A stretch of DNA of 63,266 nucleotides, counting the filler, from Octopus bimaculoides (Eukaryota), in assembly GCF_001194135.2 (NCBI RefSeq). It is 5 parts of 4 records of this genome, joined end to end, with 100 filler letters (N's around TTAATTAATTAA, not from the genome) between each part and the next. Parts side by side here need not be neighbours in the genome. Positions count along the whole stretch, not along the records: positions 50,002 to 61,932 come from NC_068987.1; positions 62,033 to 63,266 come from NW_026422603.1; 3 more parts are not named here. The stretch is one strand, 5' to 3'. The translations under genes and the position numbers were made by a program. Positions 53,873 to 63,266 of this stretch are shown here, in pieces; positions within the stretch are counted from its first letter, which is position 1, and every line of letters begins with the position of its first letter. The notes beneath the pieces were generated by a model. That model was given only the letters and a program-made list of their open reading frames with translations. It ran no database searches and had not been told where the DNA came from.

Positions 53873-54525
53873 CATCATCATCATCGTCATCGTTTAACGT
53901 CCACTTTCCATGCTAGCATGGGTTGGACGATTTGACTGAGGACTGGTGAACCAGATGGCTACACCAGGTTCCAATCTGATTTGGCAGAGTTTCTACAGCT
54001 GGATGCCCTTCCTAACGCCAACCACTCTGAGAGTGTAGTGGGTGCTTTTATGTGCCACCAACACGAAGGCCAGTCAGGCAGTTCTGGCAACGGCCACGCT
54101 CAAAATGGCGTATTTTACATGCCACCTGCACAGGAGCCAGTCCATCGGCACTGGCAACGATCTCGCTCGAATGTCTTTACACGTGCCANNNNNNNNNNAT
54201 GGCGTATTTTACATGCCACCTGCACAGGAGCCAGTCCATCGGCACTGGCAACGATCTCGCTCGAATGTCTTTACACGTGCCACAGGCACAAGTGCCAGGA
54301 AGGCGATGCTGGTCACAGGTACCACCATGATTTTGCTTTCGCTTGCCCCAACAGGTCTTCGCAAGCCGAGTTTAGTGTCCAATGAAGGAGACGACGTTGG
54401 CATGGGTGCCAGTCATCGAATGTAGTTCGATTTCGATTTCACTTGCCTCAACAGGTCTTCGCAAGCGGGGTTTAGTGTCCAACAAAGGAAGGTACGCATA
54501 AGTGGGCTGGCTATACCCCTGGCAG
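53873..54525 (-). mobile_element. Family C short element nested in the RTE LINE
   Basis: (CAT)n-CGTTTAACGTCCACTTTCCATGCTAGCATGGG.. with internal repeated blocks (one around a small gap). Confidence 0.8.
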
Positions 54526-56152
54526 ACAATGAAGAACAAATTGAAACAGGTGAAGCAGGTAGGAGAAGTTAGATGGCAAATTTACAAAATATGGAGAGAA
54601 ACTGAAAGGAATAGGTTTGCCAGTGTTTGTGACAAGAGTATCAGAGGAACTAGGGGCACTAGAATGCAAAGTAGTGAGTTAGGGTGGAACAAAACATTGT
54701 TAGGAAAAGGAGTGCTTGAAATGACAGCTGTAGATTCTCATCATTGATGTTGAGGTTGCTGTATAAGGGAAATATGGGGAGAGGAAAAAAGGCTTACTTC
54801 AAGTGTATCCAGCTGAAGGCTAGCTATTGATGTAAGTAATTAAATGATCAAAACAACCATCAAGTATTTGAAGTGGGGAAAGCTGGTCCATGAAAGAGTA
54901 AGTTGTTTACATGTTGAAAATATTTGGGACAATAGAGCTAAAATAAGTCACTTGCACAACTAACCATGTACAGTGGGGTGTCATACTCAAATGAGTCGGA
55001 TGGACCAAGTTCTCAGCAGTACTAATTAGAATGAGTATCAACTTAGATGAAGAGCAGTTTTTGTTTTGATCTGGCTGGGATGCTTTTTTCCTTTTGAATT
55101 AACTGCAAGTTTTTTACTAAGAGTAAGCTTCTTTATCTAGCATACATTGATCTGGAAAAGGCCATTGATAGGGTACTATGAAGAAAACTAAGGAAAAAAG
55201 AACAGCATGTGAAAGCAGTGGTTGTCATGTACAAAGATGTCATTAGCAAAACAAGAGTTGGCAAAGAGTTCAGTGAGGAATTTAGCATGCAAAATAGGTG
55301 TTCTCGATCCTCAGCAACTGCCTGTTTATTGTAATTCTCCAAACCATAACAGAGGAGTTTAACACTGGTTGTCCATGGGAACTCCAATATGCTAATGGTT
55401 TATTACTTATAGTAGAATCTGTGGAAGATTTAGGGAAGTTCCAGTTGCAGAATTGAGAGGCCTCAGACTAAACTTGACAAAGGCTGAAGTTTGAATAAGT
55501 AGGAAAGAAGACAGGGAAATAGCCATGCACAATATGGGGAAAAGAAGAAGATAAAAATTCCATACAGTACTCAATGTGAAGTATTGATGCACAAGAAGTG
55601 TATTAGGATCATGGATAGACTGACAGAAAAAAATGACTTTGTATATGATAGACCTACACAAGTATTTAGCAGTCAGAGAACCGATAAAATAAATTCTTTC
55701 CAGTGTTCAGAAGGCTCCGTTAAAGTGATTGATAGCTTCTGTTATCTAAGTGACTTAACATGGAAGAAGAGGGTTTTGAAAGCTTAGAAGTCAGAATAAG
55801 AATAAATTTGTGGGAGCTGTTACTCCTGCTGGTAACAAAGGGATCCCTCTATGATACATGTATATGAAGTGCACGGTTGCATGCTTGTGAATGCAGAGGA
55901 TGTCTGAAAGTTGGAAAGAAATGAAGTGAGCTTGCTCTACTAGGGGTGTGATGTCCGTGTGTAGGGTAAACGTAGAACAGATGAACTGAGAGAGAAAAAA
56001 ACTAGATAGAAGAGGAATCAGATGCCGTGTAGAAGGACAAAGACTGCATTGATGTAGATACGTAATGTGTATGAATGATGAGAGCTGAGTAAAGAGGGGT
56101 TAAGAAATCTAAGTTAAAAGGAACTGTAAAAGAAGACTGAGGAAGACAGGAA

Positions 56153-56544
56153 CAGGAGTGGCTGTGTGGTAAGTAGCTTGCTTACCAACCACATGGTTCC
56201 GGGTTCAGTCCCACTGTGTGGCACCTTGGGCAAGTGTCTTCTACTATAGCCTCGGGCCGACCAAAGCCTTGTGAGTGGATTTGGTAGACAGAAACTGAAA
56301 GAAGCCCATCATATATATGTGTGTGTATGTGTTTGTGTGTCTGTGTTTGTCCCCCCACCATCGCTTGACAACTGATGCTGGTGTGTTTACGTCGCCGTAA
56401 CTTAGCGGTTCGGCAAAAAGAGATCGATAGAATAAGTACTAGGCTTACAAAGAATAAGTCCTGGGGTCGATTTTCTCGACTAAAGGCGGTGCTCCAGCAT
56501 GGCCACAGTCAAAAATGACTGAAACAAGTAAAAGAGTAAAAGAG
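56153..56544 (+). mobile_element. SINE family B, full length
   Basis: CAGGAGTGGCTGTGTGGTAAG (A-box-like) .. CCGGGTTCAGTCCC (B-box-like) .. internal TA/TG tract .. GAAACAAGTAAAAGAGTAAAAGAG tail. Confidence 0.9.
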
Positions 56545-57214
56545 ATGTAATGAAAGTTGATTTTAAGATGCTGAACCTTACAAAAGAAAAAAAAAAAAAA
56601 CGATACAGGAATGTAACAAGTAGTGTGATACTATGATGGAAATGATGTGTTCAACGAAGGCAAGCATGGAAAAGCCGAGACGAAAATAACAATGGACGTG
56701 AATCCACATCTCCAGCAAACATGGTAGATGTTCTACCATTGAACTAAAGCAATCCTTTGAATCTCTCTATCCATTTTAGAAACTTTATTCTTACAAGTAA
56801 GAATTCTAAGTAGTTTGTCATAAGAATTTATAAACTTCAAGAGAATGTGAAATACTTCTTGTTTGGAATAATGGATACTGAATAAGTAAAACCTATAATT
56901 AATAGTGCAAATATCAGGTTAAAAAATATTCATTGGATAGAAAGAGTTTAAGGCATACAAATTATTTGAACAATATTTTTGCAAAGTATTTATTCCCTAT
57001 TTATTAATGAACATTAGATATTTTAATAAAATTAAACATTAGGAAACATTCATTTATGAAATGTGTTTATTAGTGAATGACTTTAAAATCTTTTTCAGGT
57101 GTAAGGACTTAATTTATTCTATGAATCAGTTTTTAGATGATGTAAGATGGTAAAAAGCAATATCAAAGATCAATCCCTTTCAAGATAGAAGGGGTATAAA
57201 AATCACGGGATGCA

Positions 57215-57570
57215 GATATGGCTGTGTGGTTAAAAAGTATGCTTTGCAAACACATGCTCACAAGTTCAGTCCCATAGTTAAGAGTTTTGTACTATAGCCC
57301 TAGGCTGACCAATGCTTTCTAAGTGAATTTGGTAGATGGAAACTGTGTGGAAGCTCATAATATGTGTGCGTGTGTCCTCCCTTCATCACTTGATAACTGG
57401 TGTTGGTTTGTTTACATCTTCATAAACTTAGTGGTTCAGCAAAATAGACCAATAGAATAAGTATCAGACTTAAAAATAAGTATTAGGGCAATTTATTTAA
57501 CTAAAACCCTTCAAAGTATCATGTCCCAACATGGCTGCAGTCCAATGACTGAAACAAGTAAAAGATACAA
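57215..57570 (+). mobile_element. SINE family B, older diverged copy
   Basis: ATGGCTGTGTGGTTAAAAAG..CAAGTTCAGTCCC..GAAACAAGTAAAAGA; CpGs largely converted to TpG/CpA. Confidence 0.75.
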
Positions 57571-57698
57571 AATGTCATCAATGTTTTAATGTCCATTTTT
57601 CAATGCTGGATTGGCCCAGTCTGCAACACAAGAGATCTCCTTCACTTATCTCAGTGCTATATATGTACCCAATAGATCCAGAAACAGAATCTTTAAAA

Positions 57699-58181
57699 CA
57701 TGCATGGGCAATCTGTGGCCCACGGGCCGCATGCGGTCCTCAACATGTTGTTGTGCAGCCCTTGATGAGTTTCTAGGTTACTAATTTGCAGCATAACCTA
57801 AGAGCAGCGACATCTCAAATTCTACCTAATCTTGAAAATATGGTAAAGAATGTCAAGTGTAAAAGTCTCATTGCTACGGATAATGAAATTTATTCTTTAT
57901 AAAATATCAATGAATTTTCTTTTTTTTTCTTTACTTCAATATTTTAAACTAAAATTTATTTACACTGGAAATTATCGTTATTATCATTAGGAAATAACGA
58001 AAGAGATGCCACCTTAATGTAAACTTTCATACTAAGACAAAGAAAATTAAGAAGAACTGCAAAAAATTCAAGGTAAAGTGGGCAAGTAATATTTCATGCA
58101 TATGTGTTTTGTCATGTGGCCCTTCCCCACTTGGAAATGGTACGATGCGGCCCCCAGTTGTCGCAAAGTTACCTATCTCTG
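57699..58181. mobile_element. hAT (Charlie/MER5-like) MITE with 8-bp TSD
   Basis: TSD CTTTAAAA at 57691-57698 and 58182-58189; degenerate TIRs with GGGCCGCAT subterminal motifs at both ends. Confidence 0.8.
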
Positions 58182-58243
58182 CTTTAAAACATAAAACTAT
58201 TTAGAAAGAAAAAGCAAGAGACAGAAATATTTTTACAACAAAC

Positions 58244-58402
58244 CTCAAGTGGGTTGAAGGCTTCTTCACTCCCAACTAGCTCAGCTTTACAGATACACAA
58301 CTTTTGACCAACTCTGATCTTCTTGTTGGCAACTAAGTTCATTATTTGATTATCAAGGATCATTTTCAAAGAGTACCAGCCATCAGTAACTTCAATACAT
58401 TG
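58244..58402 (-). CDS. BRCA2: BRCA2 internal exon (OB1 fold)
   Basis: ag|CAATGT..CTTGAG|gtttgt, 159 nt, phase 0-0: QCIEVTDGWYSLKMILDNQIMNLVANKKIRVGQKLCICKAELVGSEEAFNPLE versus human [43 protein letters not shown]. Confidence 0.92.
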
Positions 58403-58991
58403 CTATCAACAATAGAAAACAAAAATACAGAAACAGAATATGATAATTTAAAAGCAAATTAATTTTAAAGCTTTCCCTTGTAGTTATATAAAGAATAATA
58501 ACATTTTCTTTACTGGCAAAAAAATCAACTAATCCTGTTGAAATCGACTTTTGAATTTCAATATCAGTTACTCTAAAAGAATGAAGAGGGACAAAATGCC
58601 ATTTAAGATATTTAATAGGCTATGCAGGTATGGCAGTGAGGTTAAGAAACTTGCTAAGCAACCATGTGAGACAGGAGTCTGCTAGACTGGTTCTTTGGTA
58701 GGTTAGGGTGGTCATATTTTATTATATCAGCTTAGAGAAGTAGGTCAATGATGAGAGAGGATCAAAGATAAAGAAAGAAAGCAAAAAGTAAAAGTGAAGA
58801 AATACAAATGCATAAAAAGCCAATTAGGCATAGGGTCAGGGTTTAGGATTTGCTAGCTGAGGGTAAAGAACAAAGGGAAGAGGGCAGAGATACACAGAAT
58901 TTAGGGGCATTCTGTGGATATGGATTGAATGTTGGGGAGGATACAAAAGCAATTGAATGATAAGTTCTAACTGTTAAGGAACTGTAGTGTT

Positions 58992-59112
58992 ATGTGTGAT
59001 TATCTGGTAAAGTGGAAAGATGTAGGGTGTTGTTTTAGATATCCCTCTCTGTGAGAGAGGGATATCTAAAACAACACCCTACATCTTTCCACTTTACCAG
59101 ATAATCACACAT
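58992..59112. repeat. Perfect inverted repeat, 59-bp arms, 3-nt loop
   Basis: 58992-59050 is the exact reverse complement of 59054-59112; loop GTG. Confidence 0.95.
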
Positions 59113-59384
59113 GAATATGTTATATGGGATAGTGGAGACCGCTTGTAATATTAGGAAATGTTTGCCTGGAGAGGAAATACCTGGTAGTAATAGTAGAGTA
59201 CTACTTATCATTAAGGAGTTCAAAGAAAGAGAAGGTTGTATAATAAACTACACCTGGTACCGAGTTAGAGGAAATATCAAATTGGATATCAAAGAAAACC
59301 AGCAATAGGAAATAATCCACTGATTAACAATTTGGAATGTTATATAAGTGGTGTTGCTATTACTTAATTAGATTGATCTGTGAA

Positions 59385-59717
59385 ATCGTGACGGCACCTG
59401 TACCAGTAGATCACTAAGAGCACCGTCCGAGCGTGATCGTTGCCAGAGCACCAGCTGTCTGGCTTCCATGCCGGTGGCACGTAAATAGCACCATTTCGAG
59501 TGTGATTGTTACCTTCATGCCAGTGGCACGTAAAATACCCACTACACTCTCGGAGTGGTTGGCGTTAGGAAGGGCATCCAGCTGTAGAAACTCGGTCAAA
59601 TCAGATTGGAGCCTGGTGTAGCCACCTGGTTTCACCAGTCCTCAGTCAAATCATCCAACCCATGCTAGCATGGAAAGCAGACGTTAAATGATGATGATGA
59701 TGATGATGATGATGATA
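59385..59717 (+). mobile_element. Family C short element
   Basis: ..GGAGTGGTTGGCGTTAGGAAGGGCATCCAGCTGTAGAAAC..CCATGCTAGCATGGAAAGCAGACGTTAAAT(GAT)n. Confidence 0.8.
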
Positions 59718-60319
59718 TTTATCACAGACTAGAAAAAAATGAAAACTACATGATAAAAATATATCCTTTCAAATGTTAGAATAATGAAGTGAAACCATTT
59801 CTACATTTTTCTGAAAATATCATCAGCAAGGAAGCAGAAGAAGGAGAAGGATGTGGATGACAAGATTGATGAACTGGTTGAAAGAAGAGAGGCATTAAAC
59901 ATGAGGAAGTGGAAACTGTGAGAGAAAACAAAGAACAGAGTATTGTAGCAGGATATAATCGTCTGTGTTCTACATTTTGGATAGTGGACTTAAAGTAGAA
60001 AAAAGAAGATCAGCAAGTGAGCTAGTTAAAGAAGTAACTCTGGAATGAAGGTTCTAAGAAATTCTAAGAAATTCAAATGATAGACGAAGAAAATAAAATA
60101 AATAGATTATGAAAAAATAAAAGACAAAAATTATTTGTGAGATACAATAAACAACTGTCACAAAAAATTAAAAAATAATAAAAAAAGTTAGAAAGAAGTA
60201 ACAGAAGCCAGTGTGAAAGAAATCCTTATAATGGAAGAGAAAATGGTAATATGTAGTGGTGAATATAAGAGGAAAAGAAAGTGTGGCAGAATGAAAATGT
60301 TCAACAACAAAAACAACAA

Positions 60320-60538
60320 TAATCTTTTCTACTAAAGGCACAAGACGTGAAATTTTGGGGGAGGGTACTAGTTGATTACAACGACCCCAATGTTTCACTG
60401 GTACTTAATTTATCAATCCCGAAAGGATGAAAGGCAAAGTTGACCTCGGTGGAATTTGAACTCAGAACGTTGCAATGATCGAAATACCACTAAGCATTTT
60501 GTTCGGCGAGCTTAACAGTTCTGCTAGCTTGCCCACTT
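60320..60538 (-). mobile_element. SINE family A
   Basis: Reverse complement of the family A body: GGATGAAAGGCAAAGTTGACCTCGGTGGAATTTGAACTCAGAACG. Confidence 0.75.
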
Positions 60539-61273
60539 AGTCCTTATTAATAACGAAGAGGTTATTGAAAAGTTGTTAAGGTTGTGAGAAAATGACAATT
60601 GGATAATGACAAGTGGCTAAGACAAGCTTTTATCAATCTAATTCCTGTATTGATAAGATCAGAAATGCTGATCAAAGTGTTTTATATTAAGCTTTTTTTT
60701 ACTTAGAATCTTCATTGTTATAATTTCTTTCATGGTGTACGTAGTTAGATGGATAATGGGAAAAGAAGTAAGCTCTACTGTCTGCTTTGGCATGGTTTCT
60801 AAGGTTGGATGCCCTTCCTAGTGCCGTCCAGTTTACAGAATCTACTGAATGCTTTTACACAGCACCCACACCAATATATAATCATGAGATTATTGTATAT
60901 AAGAAATAGATGGCATGATCCAGGCTGGAATCAAAAGCATTCCAACTTGGACCATGCCATCTATTTCTTATGTAGAATAATCTCATGATCATATGTCCTT
61001 CTTTCCTAAGGTGTTAGGATGTGATTTTTAGTGAGTTTGTCGGTTGCTATTTCTAGCAGACTGCAACAAAGCTCCCCTAGGCACATCTGTGTGGTTGTGA
61101 AAATAATTCTAAGTCAATGAGAAATTAAATGCTCACTGAGTGGATGTCCTTTAAAACTAAATTTTTCTGTTGTTTTTTTTTTTAATTTACATTAAAAATT
61201 TGTTGATTCAAATAAACTTCTGACATTAATCTAATTATGCCCTCATCTGTTTTTTCTACTTGGTCCAACTTAC

Positions 61274-61397
61274 CTCAGTATTCTGAATCGTTGAGGACAT
61301 ATCAGCTTTCATTAACTCTTTATTAACATTTGACACACACAAAATCATCCTCTTTGCTGGTGTATCATCACGTTCAGTAACCTTCCTCAAAGCTGAC
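61274..61397 (-). CDS. BRCA2: BRCA2 internal exon (start of OB1 region)
   Basis: ccag|G TCA..ACT GAG|gtaagt, 124 nt, phase 2-0: (R)SALRKVTERDDTPAKRMILCVSNVNKELMKADMSSTIQNTE versus human [24 protein letters not shown]. Splices in frame to 58402. Confidence 0.9.
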
Positions 61398-61493
61398 CTG
61401 GATGTAGTTTAAAAGAAATAACAACGTCAGCTCCAAATGATTTTTCAGCACATACACTTTTAATGTGTTAACAAATTAGTTTCAAATAAGGTA

Positions 61494-61732
61494 TACTCTT
61501 TACTCTTTCTCTTTTACTTGTTTCAGTCATTTGACTGCGGCCATGCTGGAGCACTGCCTTTAGTTGAGCAGATCGACCCCAGGACTTATTCTTTGGAAGC
61601 CTAGTACTTATTCTATCGGTCTCTTTTTGCCGAACCACTAAGTTACGGGGATGTAAACACACCAGCATTGGTTGTCAAGTGATGTTGGGGGTACAAACAC
61701 ACAAACATATACACACACACACACATACATAC

Positions 61733-61767
<35 letters not shown>

Positions 61768-61932
61768 TATATACGACGGGCTTCTTTCAGTTTCCGTCTA
61801 CCAAATCCACTCACAAGGCTTTGGTCGGCCCGAGGCTATAGTAGAAGACACTTGCCCAAGGTGCCACGCAGTGGGACTGAACCCGGAACCATGTGGTTGG
61901 TAAGTAAGCTACTTACCACACAGCCACTCATT
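61494..61932 (-). mobile_element. SINE family B, full length, young-looking
   Basis: Reverse complement of 56153-56544 with many CpGs intact. Confidence 0.9.
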
Positions 61933-62032
61933 NNNNNNNNNNNNNNNNNNNNNNNNNNNNNNNNNNNNNNNNNNNNTTAATTAATTAANNNNNNNNNNNN
62001 NNNNNNNNNNNNNNNNNNNNNNNNNNNNNNNN
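61933..62032. other. Assembly join spacer N44-TTAATTAATTAA-N44
   Basis: Same 100-nt structure, palindrome at 61977-61988. Confidence 0.9.
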
Positions 62033-63266
62033 GCATATATGAATGCATGCATATATATATGTGTGTATATATATATATATATCTATACACACATATATAT
62101 ATATAAATGTATATTGATGTATATATATATATGTATATATATACATATATGTGTGTGTGTGTATGCATGTGTATGTATATATGTTTTGTAAGCAGTTTCA
62201 TTGTCGCTAAAAGAAACTAAATACTGCTCACTTTTCTCATGTTACATAATTTTTGATGGATGACGAGATTTTTATTTTGTTTGATTGTTTTAGCTTCTTT
62301 TTTTATCGACATAAACATACCTTTTTACCTTATAAACAACACTTTTTAGAAGAATTTGAAAACGTTTGCGTTGGATAATCTTAGTAAATCTGCAATAGAA
62401 CGCAGTTGTATAGACTTTGATTGTAAATATCCGGCAAAGCAGAAGCCATATTTCGGTGACGATTCCCGGTTGTAGAAATCTTTTTTAATTTCACTGATAT
62501 CAATTTTCCCAAAGGTAAAAAAAGAAAAAAAATCATGGAACTTTTCCACCATCTTCCTTTCTCCTTTCTTCTTTCCTACGTGCCCCATGGTTATGCCTAA
62601 GGTCTTTGCGGCTTTGTTAGGCATACGTGTTAGAACGATAGTTAGCTATCTTGTGAAATATGTGAGCTTAAAGTTTTTCATGTCATCAGTTGTATATAGT
62701 ATGTATATTTGATTACTTATTGGATCCATATGTAAACAACTTTTGCTCTCATTTTTTCTTCATGTTAGTAAACATGTCTTAACTCATTGCCTCTCTGATT
62801 TTTTTCTTTTTCAATCTATGTCTTTATTTCTTTTTTTTTCCACTTCTTTCGAAATATGAATAAATAAAAAACAAAATGACAAATTAACAATTATTGCAGT
62901 AATGATTTTAAATATACGTCACATTAAATATAAAAAAAATCGGAAGAAATATTAGTACTTCAATTAAATAAATGAATATAAACATTTCAAAGATTTTCTT
63001 CTTTTCCTGGTTGCAAGCACTAAATATGGCTCTACATTCATACGTGTTTCCATTGGGAATCGAAAAAACTCTGGAAGTTCTAGAGTCATCGATGTAACAA
63101 ATACAAAATTGACTGTGAGCTTTGGATGATATCGTAGTTGCTACAGTATTGTTGGTAGAGATGTGCATAGTCTACGTACACATACGCAAGCACATATGCC
63201 TATAAGTATACATCTATATTTGTATTTGTAAGAAAGTGTATGTGTGCATAAAAATGTATATATATA

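Larger units (their letters stand above)
52925..56690 (+). mobile_element. Near-full-length degenerate RTE LINE with nested insertions
   Basis: APE motifs TINVGTMKGR and IISVYTTQ; RT motifs IDLEKAIDRV and LFIVILQTITEEFNTGCPWELQYA; 3' end GCAAGCATGGAAAAG. Nested family C (53873-54525) and family B (56153-56544) insertions; many stops. Confidence 0.85.

Noticed and set aside
62346-63168. ORFs 62346-62624 and 62908-63168 as upstream BRCA2 or downstream netrin exons
   Set aside because: No match in the frames I read to the expected BRCA2 (WIxNHYRWI, LKYRYDxE) or netrin LE2 motifs, and they lie beyond a spacer.

Overview
AT-rich, microsatellite-dense, gapped eukaryotic DNA. The SINE/LINE/mariner content and repeat density point to an octopod cephalopod (inferred from recalled repeat sequences, not from a search). 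Four identical 100-nt spacers (N44-TTAATTAATTAA-N44) split the window into five blocks whose adjacency is not guaranteed. Three host genes are supported. (1) A large minus-strand terminal exon (17398-15285) encodes a His/Met-rich protein with a 41-aa/123-bp tandem repeat and at least 8 copies of [ML]HG[VL][ML]MH[GN]D. I do not recognise this protein; it is the best candidate for a new system, possibly a secreted metal (Cu/Zn)-binding protein. (2) The first coding exon of a netrin (30443/30548-31559, +; laminin N-terminal domain plus first LE repeat). (3) Two spliced minus-strand BRCA2 OB1-region exons (61397-61274 and 58402-58244), only partly shown by the ORF track. The rest is transposon debris and microsatellite: tRNA-derived SINEs, RTE LINEs, an R4/Dong-like element in (TAA)n, two mariners, and Tigger- and hAT-type MITEs. 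Also notable are a perfect 59-bp-arm palindrome in the BRCA2 intron, a ~200-bp foldback, hammerhead-ribozyme-like relics and a CpG-depleted block around BRCA2. No CRISPR array, rRNA or bona fide tRNA gene was found.
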